The position numbers and the translations under genes are program-made. Under the pieces are notes generated by a model. That model was not told where the DNA came from. It searched no databases and saw only the letters and a list, made by a program, of their open reading frames with translations. Positions 37,651 to 47,435 of a stretch of 64,000 nt of DNA are shown piece by piece. Each line of letters starts with the position of its first letter. The stretch's first letter is position 1. Source of the DNA: Spirochaetota bacterium (GTDB lineage Bacteria; Spirochaetota; UBA4802; UBA5550); assembly GCA_963664815.2 (NCBI GenBank), contig CAXXHB010000003.1, positions 2,400,001 to 2,464,000 on the forward strand, written 5' to 3'.

Positions 37651-39024
37651 TTATACTACCATTATATCTCTCCACTTGCCACCCCTATATCTGACAATTA
37701 AGACAGTACAGAAAAGCATGAAAAAGGTGACAAATCCCCCCCATGCTGCAACAGGAGAAAGTTTTAATACATTGAGCATTATATATATAACAGGAACAAA
37801 GAGCCACTGGTATGTTACAGATGCCATCATAACCCATAATGTATCCCCTGCGCCACGAAGGGCGCCGATAAGAGATATCATTACAGTCTCTGCAATAATA
37901 TATATTGAAGCTATTCTGACCATCGAAACAGCTATCGGCGCTGCTGATTCAAATACTTTATTCTGTCCCTCCGGCCGGAATATATTCACAAGCGATTCCG
38001 GCATGAAAAGAAAGATCAGAGTCACCGCAAAAGCGTAAATTAAACCTGTCCTGATTCCGGACATTGCTGAGCGATGTGCAACCGCCGGATCACCCGCTCC
38101 CATATACCTCCCCACAAGACTTGAAACAGCAATCTCAATCCCCAGCAGCGGAACAAAAGCAGCCATATCCCAGTTGAACATAATGGAACTTGCTGTTGCA
38201 ACAATATCCCCCTGAGACTGAAAGATATATATCATTAAAGTAAATGCTAAAAAATACAGAAACAACTCAATCCCTGCAGGATATCCGAATAAAAGCAGCT
38301 TCTTCATAACAATTCTGTCATAATGAAATGAATTCATAACCCCGAACTCGCGGCGGTGAGACTTTTTAAAATATGATAATACAAGAACAGTCACTGCAGC
38401 AATGCTTGATGCAATAGATGCTACAGCAGCTCCCTCTATTCTCATCTCCGGCATTCCGAGTTTTCCGAAGATAAGCAGATATCCAAGTCCGACATTCATA
38501 ACAAGAGCAGTGATTGTTGCCATCATGACAACTCTTGTACGTCCGATTCCTGTGAAGTAGCAGCCCAGAACCTGCCGGATCATGGCAGGGAGAGTGCCAT
38601 AGCACAATATTTCAAAATATCTCGACTGATATCCGATCTGGTCTGCGGGTATACCGATATGATAAAAAAACTTTTCTGCGAAGGGGACAATAGCCAGGAT
38701 AACCGGATAAGCTGCAATGGATATTATCATCGCCTGAAACGCAGTCACCGGCGAAAGATTTTTCCTGCCTGAACCGTAATACTGGGCAGATATGGCTGTT
38801 GAATACCCGATTAACCCGCTGAAAAAAAATACAAGTACCTGATTCATTACGCCGCCGCTGAGAGCAGCATTCATATACTCCGGCCCTAACCTTGAAAGAA
38901 AAATTCTTGTCGTGAAAATCATTAACGCATCACAGGATGTTGACAGCATCATCGGCAGGGCTATGGTGAGCATTTCAAAAACTCCCCCGCTCCCTGTGTA
39001 TTTTATTTTTATTTTATTATTCAT
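37651..39024 (-). CDS. MATE family efflux transporter
   Basis: About 12 TM; AQYYG, LIFGKLG-x-P...EGAA, VGRYMGAG, GALRGAGDT. Confidence 0.9.
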   Translation of the reverse strand: MNNKIKIKYTGSGGVFEMLTIALPMMLSTSCDALMIFTTRIFLSRLGPEYMNAALSGGVMNQVLVFFFSGLIGYSTAISAQYYGSGRKNLSPVTAFQAMIISIAAYPVILAIVPFAEKFFYHIGIPADQIGYQSRYFEILCYGTLPAMIRQVLGCYFTGIGRTRVVMMATITALVMNVGLGYLLIFGKLGMPEMRIEGAAVASIASSIAAVTVLVLSYFKKSHRREFGVMNSFHYDRIVMKKLLLFGYPAGIELFLYFLAFTLMIYIFQSQGDIVATASSIMFNWDMAAFVPLLGIEIAVSSLVGRYMGAGDPAVAHRSAMSGIRTGLIYAFAVTLIFLFMPESLVNIFRPEGQNKVFESAAPIAVSMVRIASIYIIAETVMISLIGALRGAGDTLWVMMASVTYQWLFVPVIYIMLNVLKLSPVAAWGGFVTFFMLFCTVLIVRYRGGKWRDIMVV

Positions 39025-39146
39025 TATTAAATTACTCGAGTCAGGGATTTTTTCATACTAATTATTTACAATAAACTGCATTTTTATAAATAAAATGTTC
39101 CTGACTCAAGTAAATTATTTTATTAGTATCTGCTGAATATATGTTA

Positions 39147-40325
39147 TTAATTCTGAGCCAGAAATTCAAACGGATGAAGAACATCCTTATCAGGCAACCC
39201 GAGTTTTATATAAAACCTGCACATCGGGCATTCGGTTAAAATTATATCTGCTCCTGTTGCTTTAATATCATCAATCTTGCTCTTTCTCAGCTTTTCACTC
39301 ATCCCGCTGTTTTCCATGTAGAAAGTTCCCCCTGCACCGCAGCAGCTTTCAGGATTCTCCATAGGTTTATAACCTGCTGAATTTTTCAACATAATTTCGA
39401 CAAGATTCTTTTCAGATGTTCTGTCGCTATGACATGGAACATGCATGGTGAAGGTTTTAGGGTTTATCTTTCCGGATAAAGTTACACCCATTCTGCTCAT
39501 GTATGCCGAAGGTTCATACAGTTTTGCAATAATCGTTTTAATCTTCTCCTGTATTGGATCTTCTTTATCAAAAAGCTTTGGCGCTTTTTTAATAAACATC
39601 ATACGGCACGAAGTACAGTCCATAACCACAGCATCTGCATCTATTGCCGACAGTATTTCGATGTTCTGCTTCATCATCTCTGCAGCTCCGTCAATATCAC
39701 CATCGGAAATAAGCGGAAGTCCGCAGCAGATAAGTTTATCCGGAATAACCGTCTCTATGCCATTAGCTGTCATAATCTTTACTACTGAAGCTCCGACTTC
39801 CGGAAAAAGGAAATTCGACCCGCAGCCTGCAAAGTACACAGCCCGTCCTCGCTTTTCACCCACTGCAGATATTGTTCCTTTGAAACTTCCGTCAAACGGT
39901 TCAGACGAGATCTGCGGCATGTTCTTTGAAAAACCGACCTTTGCTGCCAATGAACCTGCAATCCCTGCAATATTCCTTAACCCTTTCTCTTTCAGAATCT
40001 TTGACATGAACCCGCGCCTGATCGATCCAAACCCCTTCTCATTTTTCAGAAGTTCACCCCTTGCTGAGATTACAATCTCGTCAACAGGAACAAGACTGAA
40101 GCAGTTTCTTGAACAATTTGTACATAACAGGCATTTATCCAGTATCTCCCTGAATCCGGGGCTGTCAGGTGAAGTCTTCTTTACAAGCACATCACGTATG
40201 ATGTTTATTCTGTGCCTTGCTACAAAATTTTCAGACTTCTGCGTCTGAAATGAAGGACAGTAAGCCTGACAGAAGCCGCACTGCGAGCAACGGTTCATTA
40301 TATCAGTATAGTCAGCCAGTTTCAT
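39147..40325 (-). CDS. glcF: GlcF-like Fe-S/CCG protein
   Basis: CSQCGFCQAYCP, CLLCTNC-x3-C, YFAGC, CCG, HVPCH, CCGAGG, TECPMC; start at the ATGA overlap with glcD. Confidence 0.85.
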   Translation of the reverse strand: MKLADYTDIMNRCSQCGFCQAYCPSFQTQKSENFVARHRINIIRDVLVKKTSPDSPGFREILDKCLLCTNCSRNCFSLVPVDEIVISARGELLKNEKGFGSIRRGFMSKILKEKGLRNIAGIAGSLAAKVGFSKNMPQISSEPFDGSFKGTISAVGEKRGRAVYFAGCGSNFLFPEVGASVVKIMTANGIETVIPDKLICCGLPLISDGDIDGAAEMMKQNIEILSAIDADAVVMDCTSCRMMFIKKAPKLFDKEDPIQEKIKTIIAKLYEPSAYMSRMGVTLSGKINPKTFTMHVPCHSDRTSEKNLVEIMLKNSAGYKPMENPESCCGAGGTFYMENSGMSEKLRKSKIDDIKATGADIILTECPMCRFYIKLGLPDKDVLHPFEFLAQN

Positions 40326-41713
40326 GATAACACCTCCTCCATCCACAGTTTACCGGGATTCATAATATTATGCGGATCAAATGCTGCTTTTATTTTTTTC
40401 ATAAGACTGATCTGTACCGCACCATGTTCAAGTTCAAGAAATTTACTCTTGTGTATACCGATACCATGTTCTCCGGAGATTGTACCTTTAAGATCAAGCC
40501 CGGCTTTTATAATTTCTTCGATTGCCTTATCTGCCTTTACCGACATCTCCGGGCTTATTTCACCCTGCATAATTGTCGGATGCATGTTGCCGTCTCCGGC
40601 ATGCCCTGCAATACCTATGAGCACACCGCATGATGCAGCAATGCCCTGTATTCTCCTGACAAATTCCGGGATAGAATGCCGTGGAACAGTTATATCCTCT
40701 GTAATAACACGTTTAAAAATCTGAAGCATACCTGGATATATTTTTGACCTCCCCCACCAGTATAAACCGCTCTCGGTTTCATCTTTGATAATTCTCACAT
40801 CAACCGCTTCCATATCTGTACATATTGATTGAATCTCCTTTGTTTCCTCCTCTACCTGGGAAACACTTCCGTCAAGTTCCATTAAAAGATATGCATCTCC
40901 AAGCAGCGGCAGCTTCGGTTCTATATAATTGTTCAGAACAGTAAATGCAAGCTTTGGAAGGAACTCAAGCATCGAAGGTATTGCACCATGTGCGATAATT
41001 CCTGAAACTATCTCCGCTGCCTGCTCAACTGTTAAACAGGTTACAACTACTGTTCTTTTTGCCGCCGGCGCCGGGAGTATCCTCAGGTGCGCAGAGGTTA
41101 TTACACCGAGAGTTCCCTCGGAACCGGTCATGAGATGTGTAAGATCATACCCGCTTGACTGCTTCATGATCTTCCCTCCGGGTTTTATAACCGATCCGTC
41201 AGGAAGTACAACTTCAAGGCCTGTTACATATCGTTCCGTTGTACCGTACTTGACACCCCTTGGACCCCCTGCCCGTGTAGAGATATTTCCGCCGATTGTA
41301 CACACAGTCATACTCTGTGGATCCGGAGGATAAAAAAGTTTCTCCTTTTCCAGTTTTTTATTGAAATTATCAAGAACCACTCCGCATTCCACTGTTGCCG
41401 ACATGTTTTTATGATCAATTTCAATAATGCGGTTCATCTGTTTCATATCCAGCACAATTCCGCCATGAACAGGAGTACACCCTCCTGCTAGTCCGCTCCC
41501 CGCGCCTCGCGGGACCACAGGAATCCTGTTTTCTGCAGCGTATTTAATAATTCGCGATACTTCATCTGTCGTTTCCGGGATGGCTACAGCATCAGGATTT
41601 TTTTTTGCAATATAAAACGTAGCATCATTGGCATATGCAGAAACATCTTCAGGCAGATCAAGAATCTGTCTTTCTCCGAGTATTCTTCTCAGGTCTTTAC
41701 CTATAGAACCCAT
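40322..41713 (-). CDS. glcD: GlcD-like FAD-linked 2-hydroxyacid dehydrogenase
   Basis: PRGAGSGLAGG, YPPDP, TIGGN, KYG, GSEGTLG, GHAGDGNMH, SGEHGIG, NPGK. Confidence 0.9.
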   Translation of the reverse strand: MGSIGKDLRRILGERQILDLPEDVSAYANDATFYIAKKNPDAVAIPETTDEVSRIIKYAAENRIPVVPRGAGSGLAGGCTPVHGGIVLDMKQMNRIIEIDHKNMSATVECGVVLDNFNKKLEKEKLFYPPDPQSMTVCTIGGNISTRAGGPRGVKYGTTERYVTGLEVVLPDGSVIKPGGKIMKQSSGYDLTHLMTGSEGTLGVITSAHLRILPAPAAKRTVVVTCLTVEQAAEIVSGIIAHGAIPSMLEFLPKLAFTVLNNYIEPKLPLLGDAYLLMELDGSVSQVEEETKEIQSICTDMEAVDVRIIKDETESGLYWWGRSKIYPGMLQIFKRVITEDITVPRHSIPEFVRRIQGIAASCGVLIGIAGHAGDGNMHPTIMQGEISPEMSVKADKAIEEIIKAGLDLKGTISGEHGIGIHKSKFLELEHGAVQISLMKKIKAAFDPHNIMNPGKLWMEEVLS

Positions 41714-41842
41714 AACTCCTCCACTTGCTGATTAGTTGCTGCTTCCTCTGTGCATCTTTCTATATTTTAAAATTCGAGAAGACTAAATGCTTTTCAATAT
41801 AAACCAGCACACTTTGCCGTCCCAACAATGGAAGTGTAAAAT

Positions 41843-42445
41843 CTATCCTTTCACCATTTCTATCCCTTTTCTGAAGGCAGTCATGTTCAACGCAATCTTT
41901 GACTCTGCAACGCTCCCGGCAACGACTTTCTCGAAATCTTTGTCATCAAAAGGCAGTACGCCAAGACCCGCGACTGCTCCTATCATCATTACGTTTCCGA
42001 GTATCGGATGTCCCAGCTTTACAGCTTCATCTGTGGCATCTATAAAATACATCTCTCCGCACAATGCCGAAAGTGAAGCTTTTATTTCATCAAGTGAAGG
42101 GTAGTTAGATTCGCCGCAGATTACACCTACTGGATAGATAGCCCGTGTATTTGAGAGAACTTTAACATCAGGATTTCCGTATCCTGCCATAACACGGACA
42201 GACTCCGCGGGTTCCAGAGACACAACAAGGTCTGCCTGACCTTTTGGGATCTGCGGGCTGAACACTGTACTCCCGGAAATTCTCAGATGACTCATTACGG
42301 AGCCCCCTCTCTGTGATGCGCCGAATGTCTCACCTATTGTAACCGTGTATCCTTTGGCAGCCATTATATTCCCCAGCATGCGCGCTGCAAGCACATTCCC
42401 CTGGCCGCCGACACCCGTAATTATTACATTGTATGGATCTTTCAT
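41843..42445 (-). CDS. iorB: indolepyruvate:ferredoxin oxidoreductase beta subunit
   Basis: GVGGQG, ETFGASQRGGSVMSHLR, N-x2-MIG. Confidence 0.92.
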   Translation of the reverse strand: MKDPYNVIITGVGGQGNVLAARMLGNIMAAKGYTVTIGETFGASQRGGSVMSHLRISGSTVFSPQIPKGQADLVVSLEPAESVRVMAGYGNPDVKVLSNTRAIYPVGVICGESNYPSLDEIKASLSALCGEMYFIDATDEAVKLGHPILGNVMMIGAVAGLGVLPFDDKDFEKVVAGSVAESKIALNMTAFRKGIEMVKG

Positions 42446-44382
42446 TTTTTAACCTCGCTTCGCCTGATTGCTCCGGAGGGGCATATATCGGCGCACACTC
42501 CGCATCCTGCACATAAAATTTCGTCAATCTGCGCATGCCCTTCAGATTTGTTCCACACAAGGCCCGGACAGCGGAACACTCGCGTACATACGCTGTCGCA
42601 TCCGCAGTCTTTTCCCCTGCATTTTGACGTCTCTACATTTACATCGTATACTTTTTTCCCCTTCTTCTCAGGGCTGAGCGCACATATCTGCCGGAGGATG
42701 AGTACCCGCGCGCCTTTACCGTTCTCCAGCATTTCAAGGATTGTCTTCTGGGTGCCAGGTATATCAAACGGATCTGACATGGCGACTTCTGCACCCAACG
42801 CCCTGCACACACCTGCTATATCAGTTGCGTCCGCCCTGTCTCCCATTGCGTCTACTCCAAGGCCCGGATGAGGCTGAAATCCGGTCATAGCTGTTCCTCT
42901 GTTGTCAAGAATAATCATCATCATATCAGATCCGTTATGTATTGCATTAACAAGCGGAGGCATCCCCGCATGAAAAAAAGTTGAGTCTCCGCATACCGAA
43001 ACTACCGGCTGTTCCATACCGAACATCTTCAGCTTGCCGAAACCGCTGGCAATACCTGTACCCGAACCCATTGCATGTGCAGTTTTAATTGTTCCAAAAC
43101 CAGCACCGAGTATTGCCATCGTATAGCATCCTATATCACCGCACACGAATCCATCCCTGTTATCCAGGGTGAGACTGTTGTTTATTGACCAGAAAGAAGC
43201 CCTGTGAGGACATCCCGGGCAGAACGTAAGCTCGCGATTAGGAGCCCTGGTAAACATTGCCATGTTGGCCTTCTGCTCGTATTCAGCAGACATCCCGCTA
43301 TATTCAACAGACAGTATTTTGATCAGCGCCTTTATAACATGATCAGGATTCATCTCGTTAACTGACGGGATGGTACCGTCAATCTTCCCGTAATATTTTT
43401 TTACACCGATCTCTTCAATATTATCCAATGCCAGTACTTTTACATTTTCCTCCATAAAAGGGAGAACCTCCTCGACAAAAAGTACGGATTTTGCTTTTGC
43501 AAGGTGCGATTTCACCAGTTTTTCAGGCAGAGGCCATGTTGTCCCGAGCTTTAGTATTCCCACCCGCTTCTCAAGTTTAAGCAGATTTACTGCCTCAATT
43601 GAGTACAGATTACACGCGCTGCTGGTTATGATAAGCGTTTCAGGATTCTCAGGTCCTGTATATGTATTGAACTTTGATGTTTCAAAAATTTCCGCAGCCT
43701 GTTTAAGTTTCTTCTGCTGATTCGCATGCCTCATAGGCACAGGGGCAGTTATTACAGGACCGGTCTGGGCATCAAGCAGATTGCCGTCAAATCTAAAAAA
43801 GGCTTTTTTATCGGACTCAGGGAGTTCTCCAAGCGTAACATTCCCGCTTGCATGAGACAGCCTTGTGACGCTCCTGACAAATACAACAGAATGAAGCAAT
43901 TCGGAAAGTTCAAAGGCCCACTTTGTCATCTCTTTTGCCTCCTGAAAGTTACCCGGTTCCAGAAGCGGAACTTCCACCATTTTGGCAAAATGCCTTGATT
44001 CACCTTCATTAACACTTGAGATTGAACCCGGATCATCACATGGCACAAGAACCATACCGGCACGTACACCTGACAGCGCAAGATGCAGTAAAAAATCGGA
44101 AGCTACGTTAACACCGTTCTGTTTCATCGGACAGAGCGAACGAAGACCTGCGAAAGAACCGGCCGCAGCCACTTCAAGAGAAACTTTTTCATTAACAGAC
44201 CATTCAACATATATATTTCTTTCATGTGCAACCGAAGCAAGGTTTTCAATAATCTCCGAAGACGGTGTACCGGGATATCCGGCCGCAACCTTAACACCGG
44301 CTTCAAGAGCTCCGCGGACTATTGCCTCGTTCCCCATGAACAGCACGGTTGTTCCTGCATTTTTATTCAGTAAATGGGACAT
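42442..44382 (-). CDS. iorA: indolepyruvate:ferredoxin oxidoreductase alpha subunit
   Basis: GNEAI, GYPGTPSSE, WSVNEK, FCPGCPHR, GDIGCY, GDSTFFH (TPP), TAMTG-x-QP, C-terminal ferredoxin CAGCGVCADICP. Confidence 0.94.
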   Translation of the reverse strand: MSHLLNKNAGTTVLFMGNEAIVRGALEAGVKVAAGYPGTPSSEIIENLASVAHERNIYVEWSVNEKVSLEVAAAGSFAGLRSLCPMKQNGVNVASDFLLHLALSGVRAGMVLVPCDDPGSISSVNEGESRHFAKMVEVPLLEPGNFQEAKEMTKWAFELSELLHSVVFVRSVTRLSHASGNVTLGELPESDKKAFFRFDGNLLDAQTGPVITAPVPMRHANQQKKLKQAAEIFETSKFNTYTGPENPETLIITSSACNLYSIEAVNLLKLEKRVGILKLGTTWPLPEKLVKSHLAKAKSVLFVEEVLPFMEENVKVLALDNIEEIGVKKYYGKIDGTIPSVNEMNPDHVIKALIKILSVEYSGMSAEYEQKANMAMFTRAPNRELTFCPGCPHRASFWSINNSLTLDNRDGFVCGDIGCYTMAILGAGFGTIKTAHAMGSGTGIASGFGKLKMFGMEQPVVSVCGDSTFFHAGMPPLVNAIHNGSDMMMIILDNRGTAMTGFQPHPGLGVDAMGDRADATDIAGVCRALGAEVAMSDPFDIPGTQKTILEMLENGKGARVLILRQICALSPEKKGKKVYDVNVETSKCRGKDCGCDSVCTRVFRCPGLVWNKSEGHAQIDEILCAGCGVCADICPSGAIRRSEVKK

Positions 44383-44393
44383 GCCGTTCCTCC

Positions 44394-45506
44394 TTATAGT
44401 TTTTCATAAAAATTAAATGTATCACTGTTCATGCGCAGAAGGGACAGCCCCCCCTCTCTGTTAATCAAACCTCCATCCCTGCACTTCGCCATTCCTTTTT
44501 TCTTTTTGTTCATTGAAGCCTGTGAGAGACCATCCACATCACCGGCCTGTAAAATTTCAGCCTCTATAAACCCGGCTGAAATTGCAGCCTGTAAAATTTC
44601 CTCTCCGCGCTCGGTGCGTGTGATCAGAATATTCTGCTTCTCCCTCCCCTCGAATACACCAGCTGATATATCAGCAAATTCGGCAGTCATATCATAGCAG
44701 TATGAACATGATGCGGGAATAACAGCCCGTATTTCAGAAAGCGGAATATCCACGCTCTCAGCCGAAGCATACACTTTCATGATTTCCGCAGGCGGTGGAG
44801 GAATATCATATTTTTTTATCTTTGCTACATCTATTTTTGATTTAAGAATTTTTTCAAAGCTCATAGTATCAAGTGCCCATGTGCAGAAAAGACCTATAAC
44901 CAGAGCTGAGGTATCTGAAAAACCTTCAACCTCGAGGGGATTTGTCCGCATCTGTGTTACGGCAGTGACCTGGCAGGGTGTACCGACAATTCCAATTTTC
45001 TTATAACCGGAACTTACAGCTTCATTAAATCCAGCCACCACAGGGGACGCCGAATACCCGGTAGAGGCATATAACGGAATCTTCGCCGGATCTGTCACAA
45101 CAACCGGATTACCCCTGGCTCCTTTACGTTCTGTAACAACAGCGGCATCTATAATGCCACGATCAAGGGCAAACATCAGAAGACTGCTTACACACCCTGC
45201 TGTCTGGAAATCCTTCAGACTCACGGCTCTCCCGGCCTTTGCTGAACGTACCTGTATATAACTCCCCATAGGATCATTACCGTATGATTTACCGAACATG
45301 AACTGCGAAAGATTATCCAGATCAACCTCGGCTTTGGGACAGTACGCGAAACATCTGCCCTTCTCGCGTGAACACTGGAAGAGCATCACAGTTTTACCTT
45401 TGTGTGACTTGAAGTACGGACACAACGAAACGCAAGCGCCGCATCCGATGCACAGATTATTGTTAATCACGCCGGAGACAAGCTCCTTTGAACCCGCTAA
45501 CTGCAT
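44394..45506 (-). CDS. FrhB/FdhB-like (F420 hydrogenase beta family) Fe-S flavoprotein
   Basis: CIGCGACVSLCP, GTPCQ, IGLFC, CSYCYD...FADISAG, RTERG. Confidence 0.85.
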   Translation of the reverse strand: MQLAGSKELVSGVINNNLCIGCGACVSLCPYFKSHKGKTVMLFQCSREKGRCFAYCPKAEVDLDNLSQFMFGKSYGNDPMGSYIQVRSAKAGRAVSLKDFQTAGCVSSLLMFALDRGIIDAAVVTERKGARGNPVVVTDPAKIPLYASTGYSASPVVAGFNEAVSSGYKKIGIVGTPCQVTAVTQMRTNPLEVEGFSDTSALVIGLFCTWALDTMSFEKILKSKIDVAKIKKYDIPPPPAEIMKVYASAESVDIPLSEIRAVIPASCSYCYDMTAEFADISAGVFEGREKQNILITRTERGEEILQAAISAGFIEAEILQAGDVDGLSQASMNKKKKGMAKCRDGGLINREGGLSLLRMNSDTFNFYEKL

Positions 45507-45640
45507 AAATCCCCCTTTTTATTAAAATCCGGCTTATCCTCTGATAATATAAAGATTATACATAACCGGGAGATTTCACCTCCCCCGTAATGAACTTTAA
45601 AACATTTATATTAACCAGACACCGTAAAAAATCGAATCCT

Positions 45641-46423
45641 TTACTCTTTCTTTTTAAATCCCGCTCCAGGCCGGTATCCCATCTGTTCAGAAATCCTCGA
45701 ACCGACATATTTTACTGCGTTGATTATCTCATCACGCTTATTTTCAATTTTATATGCATTACCGCTTAGCGATACAGCCGCGATACAGTCGCCGCTGTTG
45801 TTAAAAACAGGACCTGCGATACACGACAGTCCCGATATAGTCTCTTCAATGTCAAACCCCACACCTGTTTTTTTAACCTTATCCAGCTCCCTGATAAATC
45901 CATCCCTGTCTGGTATGGTATGTTCGGTGAATCTGGTGAACTCACATTTTGCTAGTATTCTGTCCCTTCTTGAAACAGTCATATATGCAAGCAGCACCTT
46001 GCCAAGGGATGATGAATGTACCGGTATTACAGACCCTGGCTGCGGGAAAACCATGTAATTACTGTCAGCTTCCACTTTCATAATAACTGTAAGCTTTTCG
46101 CCCATCATTATCCCTGCCTGTGCCATCTCACCATACTGCGTACAGAGCTTCTCCAGCCATATCCTTGCAATCATTGTAAGATCCATTGAAGTGGCATATT
46201 TCATACCAAGCTGAAAGAGCATTGGGCCCAGTCTGTATTTCATTGACATGGGGTCTTTTTCAAGATAGCCCATATCTTCAAGCGTTGAGGCCAGGTTCTG
46301 AACAGTCGCTTTTGGCATATCAAGTGCCCTTGAAAACTCTGTTATTCCCAGACTCTTCTCTTCAACAAGGAAAAGTTCGAGAATTTTCCCCGCTTTTATT
46401 AAAGAAAGTATTGATTTTGACAT
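45641..46423 (-). CDS. IclR family transcriptional regulator
   Basis: N-terminal HTH (PKATV...L...GYL...Y-x-LG), HSSSLGK, FT-x-HT, CIAGPV...AAVSLSG. Confidence 0.92.
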   Translation of the reverse strand: MSKSILSLIKAGKILELFLVEEKSLGITEFSRALDMPKATVQNLASTLEDMGYLEKDPMSMKYRLGPMLFQLGMKYATSMDLTMIARIWLEKLCTQYGEMAQAGIMMGEKLTVIMKVEADSNYMVFPQPGSVIPVHSSSLGKVLLAYMTVSRRDRILAKCEFTRFTEHTIPDRDGFIRELDKVKKTGVGFDIEETISGLSCIAGPVFNNSGDCIAAVSLSGNAYKIENKRDEIINAVKYVGSRISEQMGYRPGAGFKKKE

Positions 46424-46780
46424 TTTTGCCCTGTTTTATATATATTTGTTCAACATTGTCATACATGTTACACCATTATAATAAAATGTCAATAATTTTA
46501 TCTGTTTTTTAATTATACATTTTTATACATGAAACAGGCCTTCCACCTATTACATAAGGCACACCTGCTATATCTGTAATTCTGAACAGGATTACATGAT
46601 TTAAGGATTAGCGGGATTTCTGCTGACAGGGGTACTGTACACTAACGTACTTACGTTGTGCATCAACAGGTTTATGATCAATAACAGGGCAGATTTATGA
46701 CAAATATTACAATCTGTTTACAGAATATTCAATTTCGCTTCAGTTTCACTTCAATTACGTCTCAAACACGCTGCCGACAG

Positions 46781-47320
46781 TTATAAACGCGTGTTTTTCT
46801 CTTTAGGTAACGTTGCTGAAACGGTATTGAAACGGTTTTTAACAGGGTCTTCATACTGCTGAAGCACCGTTTCGGCAGATGAGTCTCTCCCTTTTAATAC
46901 ATTTGTATCGTCCTTTCCATATCCTGTTTTATTGTTTTCAGAACATGAGATCGTATAATAAGTAACGTCACAGGGAGCTGATACAACCGCTGCATCTTCT
47001 GTTAAGCTGCTTCCCGATGGAGATACAGGTGAATTTGGTGCAATTCCACGAAGGTATTCAGACATAAAGAGGTTATACCCTGCTTTTTTCTTCCTCTTTG
47101 CCCTCACTCTGTAAATAGCCTTCTCCTCTTCCGGAAGGTTCTGCCATGCTTTAACGCTGCCGCCGAAATTATCCCTGCATTTAACCTGTGGCTCTGTACG
47201 TGGATTCCCGGGAATTGTGCGTCTCTTAATGTAGATCTTTCCATATCGTCTGTAAAGCACAAGACCGTCCAGACCTCCATGGGCAGTTCTTAAATAGGGA
47301 TGGAGCTTTACCTTTGCCAT
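46781..47320 (-). CDS. basic protein with a conserved N-terminal domain and an HMG-box-like segment
   Basis: AAGGAG RBS; G-x-LDGLV-x-Y...NPRT-x2-Q...W-x2-L-x2-EEK-x2-Y-x3-A...GYNLF; low-complexity C-terminal tail. Confidence 0.7.
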   Translation of the reverse strand: MAKVKLHPYLRTAHGGLDGLVLYRRYGKIYIKRRTIPGNPRTEPQVKCRDNFGGSVKAWQNLPEEEKAIYRVRAKRKKKAGYNLFMSEYLRGIAPNSPVSPSGSSLTEDAAVVSAPCDVTYYTISCSENNKTGYGKDDTNVLKGRDSSAETVLQQYEDPVKNRFNTVSATLPKEKNTRL

Positions 47321-47435
47321 TCATTTACTCTCCTTATTTATTATTATTTTTTGTCGTTATATTGAGACTTATGCCTCTATATAACCAGTGCGGAAAAGCA
47401 AATGACATGGCGCAAGCAGAATTTTAAATTTTTTA

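Noticed and set aside
39445-40248. Long antisense ORFs (267 aa here; also 54636-55268, 59945-60538, 16936-17400 and others)
   Set aside because: They lie fully opposite well-conserved genes and have Ser/Ile/Pro-rich shadow composition
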